In this document: one piece after another, positions 36,533 to 50,618 of the stretch
Position numbering within the stretch: position 1 is the stretch's first letter
Layout: each line of letters begins with the position of its first letter
Source of the DNA: an uncultured Planctomycetales bacterium
GTDB lineage: Bacteria; Omnitrophota; Gorgyraeia; Zapsychrales; JAHFFX01
DNA length: 64,000 bases
Direction of reading: 5' to 3'
Assembly: GCA_964612665.1 (NCBI GenBank)
Contig: CAZTCI010000001.1
Span: 712,624-776,623 of the forward strand
Translations under genes and position numbers: made by a program
The notes under the pieces: model-generated
Seen by the model: the letters and a program-made list of their open reading frames with translations, nothing else
Databases searched by the model: none
Told to the model about the DNA's origin: nothing

Positions 36533-38986
36533 TTATTCTTCATCCTTTGCCATAACGTGCGCGACCGAACTTACCTGATCATTCTGATTAATTGAAATCA
36601 ACCGCACACCCTGCGTACTCCGCGCGGTTTCGCGAATGTCTTTAACTGCGCAACGCACCATCATTCCTTGTTTCGTAACCGCCATAATCTCATCGCCATC
36701 CGTTACCGCCAAAACACCGACGACATGCCCATTCTTTTCGGTTACTTTAACGTTAATGATCCCCTTTCCGCCTCTCGATTGAATGCGATATTCATCAAAG
36801 CTCGAACGCTTGGCAAAACCAGCGGAAGTCACTGTTAACAATGTGCTGCCAGTTTTTTGAATGTCCGAAGGAAAAACCTGCAAACTTACAACAACATCGC
36901 CTTTTTCCAGATTAATTCCTCGGACGCCACCCGCAGCGCGACCCATATCGCGAACATCCTTCTCAGAAAATCGAAGCGATTGACCTTCTTTTGTCGCCAA
37001 TAAAATTTCATGTTTGCCAGCGCTGATCGCTGTGCCAATCAATTGGTCGCCTTTATCCAGCGTAATGCCGACGATGCCGCCCTTGCGCGGATTGCTGAAT
37101 GCTGACAGTTTTGTCTTCTTAATCGTTCCTTGCGCCGTCGCCATAACGACAAATTGATCTTCTGGAAATTCTTTAACAGCGACAATCGAACTAATCTGCT
37201 CATCGTTCGCAAACGATAAAAGATTGACGATCGCTTTTCCCTTGGCGCTGCGCGAGGCTATTGGAATTTCATAAACCTTAAGCCAGCGCACCATGCCTTT
37301 ATTCGAAAAAATCAGCAAATAATCTTTGGTGTTAGCGATAAAGAGGTGTTTCACAAAATCCTCTTCCTTTGTTTCCATCGCCGTGACACCCTTACCTCCT
37401 CGACGCTGTTTACGGTAAGTATCAACGGAGAGGCGCTTTATATAACCGTCGTTGCTGATTGTGATCGCCATTTCTTCCTCAGCGATCAAATCCTCAACTT
37501 CAATCTCTTCGGCTTTACCGGCGATTTCTGTGCGGCGCTCGTCACTATATTTTGTTTTAAGTTCGGCGAGTTCATCTTTAATAATTTGGTCAATCTTTTT
37601 TTCCGACGCTAAAATCGCCCTGAACATCTCAATATTCTTTAAAAGCTCTTTGTATTCGGCTTCAATCTTGTCGCGTTCCAACGCGGTTAAACGCTGTAGT
37701 TGCATTTCGAGAATCGCTTGCGCTTGGATTTCGGTTAATTCAAATTTTTTCATTAAATTAACCTTGGCTTCCGGTGTGGATTTAGAACTGCGGATTGTTT
37801 TGATGATTGCATCGATGGCATCAATGGCAATGCGCAAACCTTCCAAAATATGCGCACGTTTAAGCGCTTTGTCCAAATCAAACTGTGTCCGTCGACGAAT
37901 GACAACGCGGCGGTGTTCGACATAATAAACCATTAACTGTTTTAGATTCAACTCCTGTGGCCTATTATTAACAAGCGCCAAATTAATAATGCCAAAAGTC
38001 GTTTCCATCTGCGTGTGTTTATAGAGAGAATTTAAAATAATCTGCGGTTCGACATCGCGGCGCAGTTCAATGACAACACGAATGCCATCCTTATCTGATT
38101 CATCACGGATATCAGTAATGCCGTCGATTGATTTGGCTTGAACTAACCCGGCGATAGTCTCAATAAGATTGGCTTTATTAACTTGATAAGGCAGTTCAGT
38201 GATAACAATGGAATCTTTGTTGCCCTTTTGTCGTTCAATAGAAGCTTTTGCGCGTAAAATAATTTTTCCTCGGCCTTTTGTATAAGCTTCAACAATACCT
38301 TCGCGACCGCAAATGATTCCTCCTGTTGGAAAATCAGGACCTTTGACGATTTTATTTAGCTCTTTAATGGTCACCTCAGGATTATCAATAACTTGGATAA
38401 TGCCTTCAGAAATTTCTCCCAAATTGTGCGGCGCCATGTTGGTTGCCATGCCGACCGCAATACCACTCGAACCATTAACTAACAGATTCGGAATGGCTGC
38501 GGGCAAAATGCGCGGCTCAACTAAGGACGCGTCAAAGTTCGGCGCAAAATCGACCGTTTCCTTTTCAATGTCAGCCAATATTTCTTCAGCAATGGGTGCC
38601 ATGCGTGCTTCGGTATAACGCATCGCCGCGGCCGCATCTCCGTCGACAGAACCGAAATTTCCTTGCCCATCGATTAAAGGATATCGCAATGAAAAATCCT
38701 GAACCATACGCACCATCGTGTCATATACCGCCATGTCCCCGTGAGGATGATACTTACCCAACACTTCCCCAACGATACGTGCGCTTTTTTTATAAGCTTT
38801 ATTATGTTCAAGATTCAATTCTTTCATAGCATAGAGAATGCGGCGATGAACCGGCTTTAGCCCGTCACGCACATCGGGCAAAGCACGCCCTACAATGACG
38901 CTCATCGAATAAGAAAGATAAGAATTTTTCATCTCTTCTTCGAGATAAACTGGAACAATTTTTTCTTTTACTGTTAAATCTTTCAT
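36533..38986 (-). CDS. gyrA: DNA gyrase subunit A
   Basis: 817 aa; active-site region …AMRYTEARM…; C-terminal beta-pinwheel repeats. Confidence 0.95.
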   Translation of the reverse strand: MKDLTVKEKIVPVYLEEEMKNSYLSYSMSVIVGRALPDVRDGLKPVHRRILYAMKELNLEHNKAYKKSARIVGEVLGKYHPHGDMAVYDTMVRMVQDFSLRYPLIDGQGNFGSVDGDAAAAMRYTEARMAPIAEEILADIEKETVDFAPNFDASLVEPRILPAAIPNLLVNGSSGIAVGMATNMAPHNLGEISEGIIQVIDNPEVTIKELNKIVKGPDFPTGGIICGREGIVEAYTKGRGKIILRAKASIERQKGNKDSIVITELPYQVNKANLIETIAGLVQAKSIDGITDIRDESDKDGIRVVIELRRDVEPQIILNSLYKHTQMETTFGIINLALVNNRPQELNLKQLMVYYVEHRRVVIRRRTQFDLDKALKRAHILEGLRIAIDAIDAIIKTIRSSKSTPEAKVNLMKKFELTEIQAQAILEMQLQRLTALERDKIEAEYKELLKNIEMFRAILASEKKIDQIIKDELAELKTKYSDERRTEIAGKAEEIEVEDLIAEEEMAITISNDGYIKRLSVDTYRKQRRGGKGVTAMETKEEDFVKHLFIANTKDYLLIFSNKGMVRWLKVYEIPIASRSAKGKAIVNLLSFANDEQISSIVAVKEFPEDQFVVMATAQGTIKKTKLSAFSNPRKGGIVGITLDKGDQLIGTAISAGKHEILLATKEGQSLRFSEKDVRDMGRAAGGVRGINLEKGDVVVSLQVFPSDIQKTGSTLLTVTSAGFAKRSSFDEYRIQSRGGKGIINVKVTEKNGHVVGVLAVTDGDEIMAVTKQGMMVRCAVKDIRETARSTQGVRLISINQNDQVSSVAHVMAKDEE

Positions 38987-39018
38987 CTAGATTTACCTTT
39001 CTACTGAAGGATGTCTAA

Positions 39019-41846
<2,828 letters not shown>

Positions 41847-43039
41847 GGTTTGTCGGATGCGACCAATTCTAAATTAATAACATCTTCGTTAATATTTTTC
41901 AAAACATCCATTAAGAAATGCGGATTAAATCCAACAATAAGCTCGGAACCACCATATTGAACTAGAATTTCTTCGCGCGATTCGCCAACATCTGGCGTTG
42001 TTTTGGATACAATTAATTTATCAGTAAAAACTTCAAATTTAATGGCTTGAAAATCTGGAGTTGCCAAAAGATTCGCCCGTCGGATTGCGGCCAATAATTC
42101 TTGAGTCTTAACTTTTATTTTAGGATTCGATTCTTTAGGAATAACTTGGTTATAATTTGGAAACTCCCCTTCAATAATCCGTGTTGCAATTAAAACTCCA
42201 TCAATATCAAATAAAACCTGATTTGTTCCAGTTAAAAACGATACCTGACCATTATCTTTTAAATTACGGCTAACTTCCAAAATCGCTTTATGAGGAATAA
42301 TAAATGAGATGTCTTTTTTTATGGAATTTAAAATTTTTTTATCAATTTTAGCTAATCGTTTTCCATCTGTGGCAACGAGTTTAATATTATCGTTTGAAAT
42401 TTCAAATAATATTCCATTTAAAACATACCGAGTTTCTTCATGGGAAACGGCAAACGATGTCAATCTTAACATTTCCTTCAAAACAGCTTGATCAATTTGA
42501 ATAATTTCTTTGTCTTTGAATTCTGGAAATTTTGGAAATTCTTCTCTGGGCAACCCAGTTAATTTAAAACGGCAATTATCTCCTTCAATATCAACCTGAT
42601 TATTTTTCTTGGTTGTAATAGTAACATCTCCAGCTGGCAATTCACGAACAATATCACTAAAACGCTTTGCTGGAATAGTTATTCCACCTTCTTCAAGAAT
42701 ATTCACAGGAATTTCACAAGATATGCCAATATCTAAATCAGTAGTGTTAATTTTAACCATGTTTGATTTTGTCTCAAGTAACATATTAGATAATATAGGT
42801 AATGTTGCCTTAGATGAGACAATATTTTGAACGGTTTGAATGCCAGTTAAAAGATTTTCCTTAGAAATTTTAAATTTCATTTACCAACATCCTTCCTGTT
42901 ATTTACTTTTATTATTATTTAAATATTTTAAAAAATAGTCTTAGTCGTAATAAGGGGTGTTGATAATGTGTATATGTTTAAATCTTTTTTATTGATAGTA
43001 TTTTACAACATTTTTTAGTGTGGACAATTCTTGAATTTC

Positions 43040-44386
43040 TTAGGGATTAGTATTAATTTTTGTGGTTAATTTTTCGATTGTATTTTTAAGTTCACTATTA
43101 TTTAATATCTCCCGCTCTATTTTTTTACAGGCATGTAATACTGTTGTATGATCTTTACCACCAAAAGAATTTCCAATTTCCGGTAAAGATAAATTGGTTA
43201 GTTGTCTAGAAAGATACATCGCAATCTGTCTTGGTAAAACTATATTTTTGTTGCGACGCTTCATTTTTAAATCAGCAATAGGAACTCTAAAAAATTCCGC
43301 TACTCGGCTTTGAATGAGATTAACTCCTATTGTTTGATAAGAAGGCTGAGTAACATCTTTCAAAATATTTTTAGCCATATTAAGTGAAATTGCCTTCTCT
43401 TCTAATAAAGAATAAGCTACAACTCTTATTAGAGCTCCCTCTAATTCTCTTATATTGGATGTTATCTGCTGAGCAATAAACATAATAATATCATCTGGAA
43501 CTTGAACAGGTTCGTTTTCAATTTTTTTTCTTAAGATGGCAACGCGGGTTTCAAAATCCGGAGGTTGGATATCTGTGATTAGGCCCCAAGCAAATCGAGA
43601 AATTAATCTTTCTTCTAAATTTGAAATTTCTTTAGGAGGACGGTCTGATGCAATAATGATTTGTTTGCGTCCGTCGTGAAGCGCATTAAAGGTGTGAAAA
43701 AACTCTTCTTGAGTGGACTCTTTTCCAGCTATGAAATGAATGTCGTCGATTAGCAATACGTCTATATTTCTATATTTTTGACGGAATTGTGATGTTGATT
43801 TATTTCTTATTGCGTCAATTAATTCGTTTGTGAAGCGTTCGGATGAAATATAACAATATTTTGTAGTAGGAAAATTAGTATGAACTTTATTTGTTATTGC
43901 TTGCATCAAATGAGTTTTGCCCAATCCGACGCCGCCATAAATAAATAAAGGGTTATATGCTTTAGCAGGCGACTCCGCAACTGCTGAACAAGCTGCGTAA
44001 GCAAAGCGATTAGAAGACCCCATAACAAAATTGTCAAAAGTAAATCGAGGGTTTAGGCCTATTCGTTGTTTATCGACTTCTTGAAAATTTTTTTCAAATT
44101 CTGATAATTTTTTTTGCGTTTTTTGTTTTAAAAGGTAGGGATTAACTTCAAATTCTAACTGAATCGGATAAGAACAAACTGTTTGTAGGGATTCATTGAT
44201 TAAATTTAAATAATGTTCGACAATCCAATTTTTAAAAAATTCATCCGGTGTTTCAATAATTAATGTCGACACATTTTTTTCTTTAATATTTAATGAGGAA
44301 AACCAAGTATCATAGGTTGGTTCTCCTACATTGCTTTTAATAGTAGACTGAACTTTCTCCCAAATGACAATAAGGCTCATGAGCAC
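43040..44386 (-). CDS. dnaA: chromosomal replication initiator DnaA
   Basis: Walker A GGVGLGKTHLMQAI, domain IV …VLPRQIAMYLSRQLT…. Confidence 0.95.
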   Translation of the reverse strand: MLMSLIVIWEKVQSTIKSNVGEPTYDTWFSSLNIKEKNVSTLIIETPDEFFKNWIVEHYLNLINESLQTVCSYPIQLEFEVNPYLLKQKTQKKLSEFEKNFQEVDKQRIGLNPRFTFDNFVMGSSNRFAYAACSAVAESPAKAYNPLFIYGGVGLGKTHLMQAITNKVHTNFPTTKYCYISSERFTNELIDAIRNKSTSQFRQKYRNIDVLLIDDIHFIAGKESTQEEFFHTFNALHDGRKQIIIASDRPPKEISNLEERLISRFAWGLITDIQPPDFETRVAILRKKIENEPVQVPDDIIMFIAQQITSNIRELEGALIRVVAYSLLEEKAISLNMAKNILKDVTQPSYQTIGVNLIQSRVAEFFRVPIADLKMKRRNKNIVLPRQIAMYLSRQLTNLSLPEIGNSFGGKDHTTVLHACKKIEREILNNSELKNTIEKLTTKINTNP

Positions 44387-44677
44387 CCATTTGTTAATAT
44401 ATCAATATTATATAAGTTATTCAATTTCAATATATTGTAAAAAACCACTTTATTAGTTAACAAGTTATCCACAACCTGTGTAATATAAATTGAGTTATGG
44501 AAAAATTTGGATAAAAAGTGAGCACTATTATAACAAAGAAATTTTTGATTTCAATTTATTTAAAAAAATTAAAATTGATATTTAGATATTCCACAAGTAA
44601 TTGAAAAACAACTTTTTTTATCTTAACTAAAATGGAAATATCTTGACTACGAAAAAACCTATGTTATAATCGTCCCC
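44387..44677. promoter_or_regulatory. oriC region (AT-rich, DnaA boxes) plus rpmH sigma70 promoter
   Basis: perfect TTATCCACA at 44465-44473, TATTCCACA at ~44588; TTGACT(44643)-16 nt-TGnTATAAT(44665) upstream of rpmH; second DnaA-box cluster (TGTGGACAA) in dnaA-dnaN spacer 42881-43039. Confidence 0.7.
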
Positions 44678-44815
44678 ATGAAAAAACATTTAAAAACTCC
44701 GTCGAATCTTAAAGGTAAAAGAAATCATGGGTTTAGGCGAAGAATGCGCACTTCTAATGGACGTGCTGTCTTAAGAAATCGCCGCGCTAAGGGGCGGAGA
44801 AAGCTTAGTACATAA
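44678..44815 (+). CDS. rpmH: 50S ribosomal protein L34
   Basis: [45 protein letters not shown]. Confidence 0.9.
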   Translation: MKKHLKTPSNLKGKRNHGFRRRMRTSNGRAVLRNRRAKGRRKLST

Positions 44816-44834
44816 ATAGACCTTTCTTGCCGCT

Positions 44835-45041
44835 ATGGTGAGAGTTGTATTAGTTTTAATAAAATTTTATCAAAAATTAAGCCGGCTTTTCCCTCAAACC
44901 TGTCGATTTTATCCCTCTTGTTCGCATTATGCCATGACGGCAATCCAAAAATATGGTTTGTATAAAGGCGCCCAAATAACAATTCTGCGCATGTTGAAAT
45001 GCTCTCCGCTCTCAAAAGGTGGCTACGATCCAGTAAGGTGA
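44835..45041 (+). CDS. yidD: membrane protein insertion efficiency factor YidD
   Basis: …FYPSCSHYAMTAIQKYG… conserved YidD motif. Confidence 0.85.
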   Translation: MVRVVLVLIKFYQKLSRLFPQTCRFYPSCSHYAMTAIQKYGLYKGAQITILRMLKCSPLSKGGYDPVR

Positions 45042-45047
45042 AAAATT

Positions 45048-46700
45048 ATGGAACAAAGAACTTTTGTAGCCATTCTTTTATCTCTAATATTCTTAATTAG
45101 TTATACTTATTTTTTCTCTCCCAAAAAATTTCAAGCTACGCAACAAAACAATTCCCAAATATCTCAGAATAATAAAGTAACAGAAATTGAGACATCGAAA
45201 ATTACCATGACCCCTCCTGTTTTTCAGAAAGAATCAAAATCTCAAAAAGAAGTTATCCAAACGCTGGAAACCCCCATTTTTTTAGTAGAATTTTCTAATC
45301 TTGGGGGAAATTTAAAAAAGATAATCTTTAAACAATATAATTACTCCTTCCCTCTCACAAATATTATAAGTTTAAAAGCTTATGAGGATAAAATATTTAC
45401 TTTAGAAAAGATAGATGATGATCAAATTGTTTATTCCTTAATAACTGAAAATGGGACCGAAGTTACCAAGCGTTATAAATTAGATAAATATCTAATTAAT
45501 TCTGAGATACTCTATGTTTCTAATGACAAAATGTCCAAAGAGAATTTAGAAATTGGGGATTATAAAATCGATTTTTCGAAATTGGACAAAGAAAGATTTT
45601 TAAAGAAGGAAATAAAGCCCAGCGATTCTTTATTAGAATATTCCTTGGCCGGATCCCAGGGAGTTTATAGAAAGACAAGCGCATATGTGTTTACTCAGAA
45701 TGAAAGAAAAGAGCTTAATGAAAATGTGGATTGGATAGGATTTCGTGATCGTTATTTTTGTACGATAATTAAACCCTCTTTTGAGATTAAAAAAACTTTA
45801 TTAACCCCACTTGGGGAACATGACTTTGAGATTGTTTCAACACCGAAGGAAGATTTAAATAACGAAAAAGGAGTAACTGCACTATCCTTTTTAATTTTTT
45901 TTGGCCCGCAAGATTTGAATTTACTTAAAGAATATAAAAAGGGGTTTGAGGATATTATGATTTTTAAAGCAGGGGGAATTGGAGATTTTATGTCTTTTGG
46001 GTTGACAGACTTTTTTGCGAAATTAATCTTGAAATGGCTTAACCTTGCACATAGAATAATACCTAATTGGGGTGTTTGCATTATCCTTTTGGGGCTTTTT
46101 GTATATTCAGTTACATATCCATTAACTTTGCGGAGCATGAATTCAATGAGAAAACTGCAAACGCTCCAGCCTGAAATTAATAAACTCAAAGAACAAAATA
46201 AAAACAATCCTCAGAAACTAAACAGAGAGATCATGGAATTTTATAAAAAGAATAATATAAATCCATTTTCTGGATGCTTTCCTGTTTTATTGCAAATGCC
46301 CGCGTTTGTCTCCTTATATCAGGTTCTTTGGCGATCTTTCTCTTTTAAAGGAGGTCACTTTCTTTGGATTAAAGATTTATCCGAACCCGACCGCCTTTTA
46401 TTATTTCCTTTTCAAATTCCTTTTGTAGGAAATGAATTAAATTTATTGCCGATTCTTGTTGCGATTTTAATGTTTTTTCAACAGCAAATCACTTTAAGAA
46501 ACGCACCAAATGCAGACCCAGCACAATATCAGCAACAAAAAATAATGGCCAATTTAATGCCTATTATGATCGCCGTTTTCTGTTATAGAGTGGCCAGCGG
46601 GCTAGCTTTATATTTTACCACCTTTTATTTATTATCAACCATTACACAATTTAGAAAAATGCATTTTTCTGAGCCCCCTGGTACAGCAGCTCTAGGATAA
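45048..46700 (+). CDS. yidC: membrane protein insertase YidC
   Basis: 550 aa; large periplasmic domain then 5 TM conserved core. Confidence 0.9.
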   Translation: MEQRTFVAILLSLIFLISYTYFFSPKKFQATQQNNSQISQNNKVTEIETSKITMTPPVFQKESKSQKEVIQTLETPIFLVEFSNLGGNLKKIIFKQYNYSFPLTNIISLKAYEDKIFTLEKIDDDQIVYSLITENGTEVTKRYKLDKYLINSEILYVSNDKMSKENLEIGDYKIDFSKLDKERFLKKEIKPSDSLLEYSLAGSQGVYRKTSAYVFTQNERKELNENVDWIGFRDRYFCTIIKPSFEIKKTLLTPLGEHDFEIVSTPKEDLNNEKGVTALSFLIFFGPQDLNLLKEYKKGFEDIMIFKAGGIGDFMSFGLTDFFAKLILKWLNLAHRIIPNWGVCIILLGLFVYSVTYPLTLRSMNSMRKLQTLQPEINKLKEQNKNNPQKLNREIMEFYKKNNINPFSGCFPVLLQMPAFVSLYQVLWRSFSFKGGHFLWIKDLSEPDRLLLFPFQIPFVGNELNLLPILVAILMFFQQQITLRNAPNADPAQYQQQKIMANLMPIMIAVFCYRVASGLALYFTTFYLLSTITQFRKMHFSEPPGTAALG

Positions 46701-46704
46701 AAAA

Positions 46705-46911
46705 ATGGCTAAAATTGCTAAAGATGATCAGAGTTTTGAATTTGAGGGAACCAGCGTAGAAGAAGCCATCAAAAAGGCTTTAAAAGTTTTAAGTGTTCCA
46801 CGTGAAGCAATTAAAGTAAAAATAGTCTGTGAAGAGCAAAAAGGGTTATTTGGAATGGAGGGCGCGAAATTAGCCAAAATAAAAGTTTTTCTAAAAAATA
46901 GTTCCACGTGA
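46705..46911 (+). CDS. Jag/KhpB N-terminal-domain-only protein (68 aa)
   Basis: …FEFEGTSVEEAIKKALKVLSVPREAIKVKIV… Jag_N motif; KH and R3H domains absent. Confidence 0.5.
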   Translation: MAKIAKDDQSFEFEGTSVEEAIKKALKVLSVPREAIKVKIVCEEQKGLFGMEGAKLAKIKVFLKNSST

Positions 46912-46915
46912 AACG

Positions 46916-47728
46916 ATGCATATGGGAAAAATTATTTCTATATCTAATCAAAAAGGCGGTACCGGAAAAACAACCACGGCTGTAAATTTATCTGCTGCTT
47001 TAGCGCTTGCAGGTAAAAGAATTCTTCTTGTTGATATGGATCCACAAGGAAATGCAACAAGCGGCGTGGGGATAAACAAAAATGTTTTAGAAAACTCTAT
47101 ATATGATGTTTTATTGGGAAAAGTACTTATCCAAGATTGTATTGTTTCAACACATATCGATGGATTAAGTAATGTGCCTTGTAATATTAATTTGACGGGG
47201 GCAGAAATAGAGCTTGTTGGAGCGTTATCGAGGGAAACCAGACTTAAAAAGGCATTATTGTTAATAAAGGATGAGTATGATTTTATCTTTATTGATTCAC
47301 CTCCATCATTAGGACTATTGACGTTAAATTCTTTTGTTGCTAGCAATACAATTTTAATTCCGATTCAATGTGAATTTTATGCTTTAGAAGGCGTTTCTCA
47401 GCTTTTAAATACAATAAATTTAATAAGAGAGGGACTAAACTCAGAATTAGAAATTGAAGGGGTTTTGTTAACCATGGCAGATTTTAGAACAAATCTTACC
47501 AATGAAGTGATTTCTGAGATCAAAAATTATTTTAAGAATAAAGTTTACAGCACAATTATCCCACGCAATATAAAATTAAGCGAAGCTCCAAGCTTTGGAA
47601 AACCCATTATGCTATATGACAAAACTTCAATAGGTTCCAAAAAATATGAAGAATTTGCCAATGAATTTTTGGGTGAAATGTCCAATGAATATAAAGCATT
47701 GCAGAAAAAAGTCTTAGATATAAATTAG
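46916..47728 (+). CDS. parA: chromosome partitioning ATPase ParA/Soj
   Basis: ISISNQKGGTGKTTTAVNLSAALA deviant Walker A. Confidence 0.9.
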   Translation: MHMGKIISISNQKGGTGKTTTAVNLSAALALAGKRILLVDMDPQGNATSGVGINKNVLENSIYDVLLGKVLIQDCIVSTHIDGLSNVPCNINLTGAEIELVGALSRETRLKKALLLIKDEYDFIFIDSPPSLGLLTLNSFVASNTILIPIQCEFYALEGVSQLLNTINLIREGLNSELEIEGVLLTMADFRTNLTNEVISEIKNYFKNKVYSTIIPRNIKLSEAPSFGKPIMLYDKTSIGSKKYEEFANEFLGEMSNEYKALQKKVLDIN

Positions 47729-47750
47729 ATAAATTTGTGGAGGAAATTTT

Positions 47751-48593
47751 ATGGAAGGACGAGCACTAGGAAAGGGTTTGTCCGCGCTAATCCCCGAAAA
47801 AAGCGCAAAAGAGGAAGATGTTTTGCATATTAAGGTATCAGAGATTCGAAATAACTCTCTTCAGCCACGTATTAATTATGATGAGGAAAAAATAGCGGAA
47901 TTGATACAATCCATCAAAGAAAAAGGTGTTCTACAGCCGATTCTTGTTAGACAAAAAGATCAAGGTTACGAAATTATCGCTGGAGAACGGCGACTTAGGG
48001 CCGCTCGTGCCTTAAAGCTCGAAAAAGTTCCTGTTATTATTAAGAATGTAAATGACCAAGAAGCATTGGTTTTGGCTCTTGTTGAAAATATTCAGAGAGA
48101 AGAGCTTAATCCAATTGAAGAAGCTCAGGCCTTTAGTCGTTTAATTAATGAATTTAGTTTTACTCAAGACAGTGTAGCTCAATCAGTTGGCAAAGACCGC
48201 TCAACGATAAGTAATCTTGTCCGCTTATTAAAACTTCCTGAAGATATTCAAAAAAGTGTCTTTGACGGAAAATTATCAATGGGACATGCTAGAGCGCTTT
48301 TAGGAACGGAGGATGCGCTTTTACAAAAAAAAATATTTCAACAAATAATTTCTAAACAGCTTTCCGTTCGTGAAGCAGAAAACCTTATAAGGTTTTCTGG
48401 TAAAACAGCGAGTGGGGCAAAAAAGAAAACCTCGTTGACTAAAGACAGTTATTTAATTGTTATTGAGGAAGAATTTCAGCGGGCCTTAGGAACAAAAGTT
48501 AGAATCTTGGCTCAAAAGAAACGCGGCAAAATTGCGATCGAATATTATTCAGCCGAAGATCTTGATCGGATTAAAAGAATTATTACAAAATGA
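47751..48593 (+). CDS. parB: chromosome partitioning protein ParB/Spo0J
   Basis: …GERRLRAARA… ParB box, HTH. Confidence 0.9.
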   Translation: MEGRALGKGLSALIPEKSAKEEDVLHIKVSEIRNNSLQPRINYDEEKIAELIQSIKEKGVLQPILVRQKDQGYEIIAGERRLRAARALKLEKVPVIIKNVNDQEALVLALVENIQREELNPIEEAQAFSRLINEFSFTQDSVAQSVGKDRSTISNLVRLLKLPEDIQKSVFDGKLSMGHARALLGTEDALLQKKIFQQIISKQLSVREAENLIRFSGKTASGAKKKTSLTKDSYLIVIEEEFQRALGTKVRILAQKKRGKIAIEYYSAEDLDRIKRIITK

Positions 48594-49093
48594 AACAAGC
48601 CGTTTTAATTTTTATAAAGCCTGATGGGCTTACTAAGTCTCTAAGTGGCTATATTTTAACCCGTTTAGCTGTAGCTAAACTTGATATGATTGCATGCCGC
48701 ATGGTGCGCCTTTCTCGAGCAATGGCTGAAGAACATTACAAACATTTAAAAAACAAGCCCTTTTTTGAAGAAGTTATTCAATATAGTTTAGGTGCGTTTC
48801 ATTCATATAATTATGTAATGGCGTTTGTTTTATATGGAGAAGATGCAATTAAAAAATGCCGCACGATAGCCGGAGCGACTAATCCTGAAGACGCTGATCC
48901 AATCAGTATTCGCGGATCATGCGGCCGCATAACGACTAAAGGTGTCTTTGAGAATGTTCTTCATGTTTCTTCCGATGGCAAAGAAGCTCGACGAGAAATT
49001 CAGTTGTGGTTTGAACCAGATGACCTTATGGTAGATGTTTTTCCAACCCAAAAAAAAATATTTAATAATTGTACAAAAAGGATTTGGGCATGA
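48590..49093 (+). CDS. ndk: nucleoside diphosphate kinase
   Basis: IKPDG…EHYKHLKNKPFF…GATNP…SIRG…NVLHVSSD active-site His. Confidence 0.8.
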   Translation: MKQAVLIFIKPDGLTKSLSGYILTRLAVAKLDMIACRMVRLSRAMAEEHYKHLKNKPFFEEVIQYSLGAFHSYNYVMAFVLYGEDAIKKCRTIAGATNPEDADPISIRGSCGRITTKGVFENVLHVSSDGKEARREIQLWFEPDDLMVDVFPTQKKIFNNCTKRIWA

Positions 49094-49911
49094 TTAAAGG
49101 TATGACGGGGTTTGGATGCGCTGCTTTTTCTAGCGGAAAAATTAAAGGGGTATTGGAAATTAAAAGTTTGAATCACCGGTATCTGGACATTAATTTTTAT
49201 CTGCCAATTGGGTTTGCATCAATTGAAAACCGTATTCGTGAGATTCTTCAAAAAACAATGGAACGAGGGCGGGTTTCAATTTCAATAAAGATTACAAACA
49301 AGCCAGCAGAAATTGTTGATTTTAATCGAGAGGCGGTAAAAAAATATTTGCATTATGCCCAGATTCTTAAAAAAGAGTTTGGTTTTCATGGTGAATTAGG
49401 CTTGTCTGATCTAATTAAGTTGCCGGGCGTTGTCGATGTTAAAGAAAGCCTTGTAAGTGGTGAAGAAATGTGGGGTGGGATTGAAGTTGCTTTAAAAAAG
49501 GCGCTCGCAGATCTTAATGTGATGAGAAAAAGAGAGGGGCAAAGTTTAGTTAAAGATATTTCAGCCAAGTTAAAAGAGATGAAGCTTTTACTGAAAAACA
49601 TCCATCAGCGCGGCGCAGCCATCCTTAAAGAGAAAAGAAAATTATTAAATGATGAAGAGTTCGGCTCTTTTCAAAAAGGGAATGATGTGAATGAAGAATT
49701 GGCGCGGCTAAGGCATTACATTGAAGAATTTGGCGCACTCGTTAAGAATGACGTCGCTTTAGGTAAAAAACTTGATTTTATCGCCCAGGAAATGCTTCGC
49801 GAAACAAACACGATTGGTTCAAAGCTGCAGGATAAAACAGTCAGCAATGCGGTTATTAGTTTAAAAAGTAAAATCGAAAAAATCCGAGAGCAATCGCAGA
49901 ATATTGAATAA
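49090..49911 (+). CDS. yicC: YicC/YloC family stress-induced protein
   Basis: MIKGMTGFG… conserved N-terminus; track ORF begins 21 nt earlier. Confidence 0.75.
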   Translation: MIKGMTGFGCAAFSSGKIKGVLEIKSLNHRYLDINFYLPIGFASIENRIREILQKTMERGRVSISIKITNKPAEIVDFNREAVKKYLHYAQILKKEFGFHGELGLSDLIKLPGVVDVKESLVSGEEMWGGIEVALKKALADLNVMRKREGQSLVKDISAKLKEMKLLLKNIHQRGAAILKEKRKLLNDEEFGSFQKGNDVNEELARLRHYIEEFGALVKNDVALGKKLDFIAQEMLRETNTIGSKLQDKTVSNAVISLKSKIEKIREQSQNIE

Positions 49912-49917
49912 AGCAGC

Positions 49918-50490
49918 GTGATGAAGAACGGAAAAATCATTATTATCTCTGGCCCGTCGGGCTCAGGAAAAACCACCCTGCATAAAAAGCTGTTATTAAG
50001 TCCGTTATTAAAGTCAAAACTCGTTAAATCCATTTCAGCCACAACGCGGCCAAAGCGAGTCGGTGAAAAAGAAGGCCGTGATTATTTATTTGTCTCAACT
50101 GAAGATTTTATTAATAAAATCGAACGCGGCGAACTTCTAGAATGGCAAAAGGTCTTTGAAAATTATTATGGAACGCCTAGAGCTAATGTTGAAAAACTGC
50201 TTAAAGCGGGGAAAAATGTTTTATTATGTATCGATGTAAAGGGGGCAGCTGTTGTCAGCCAGCAATTTCCTCAATCGCTTCGAATTTTTATCAAGACACC
50301 ATCTTTGTCCGTTTTAAAGGCGCGTTTAATGGCGCGTGGCTCCGAAAGCAATGCTTCCTTGAAACTTCGCCTTGAGACTGCGCGTGAAGAATTAAAGGAA
50401 GCCAAAAAATATAATTATGTCCTTGTAAATGACCAGCTCGACAAGGCCGACGAAGATTTAGAAGCGATTCTTGTTAAAGAGCTAGAGTAG
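49918..50490 (+). CDS. gmk: guanylate kinase
   Basis: IIISGPSGSGKTTL P-loop, 190 aa. Confidence 0.9.
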   Translation: MMKNGKIIIISGPSGSGKTTLHKKLLLSPLLKSKLVKSISATTRPKRVGEKEGRDYLFVSTEDFINKIERGELLEWQKVFENYYGTPRANVEKLLKAGKNVLLCIDVKGAAVVSQQFPQSLRIFIKTPSLSVLKARLMARGSESNASLKLRLETAREELKEAKKYNYVLVNDQLDKADEDLEAILVKELE

Positions 50491-50618
50491 GTCTGAACAA
50501 ATTGTTAATCTCTAATTTAATGAAATTGACAATAAATATAACATATGTTATATACTTAACCTCATTTCTTAAATATATCAAAATATTGACGTCGGAATTT
50601 TAATTAAGGGAGAAAAAA

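Noticed and set aside
37346-37925. Serine-rich plus-strand ORFs (88 and 157 aa)
   Set aside because: Antisense to gyrA; low-complexity translation of the reverse frame.
44833-45015. 60-aa minus-strand ORF
   Set aside because: Antisense to conserved yidD.
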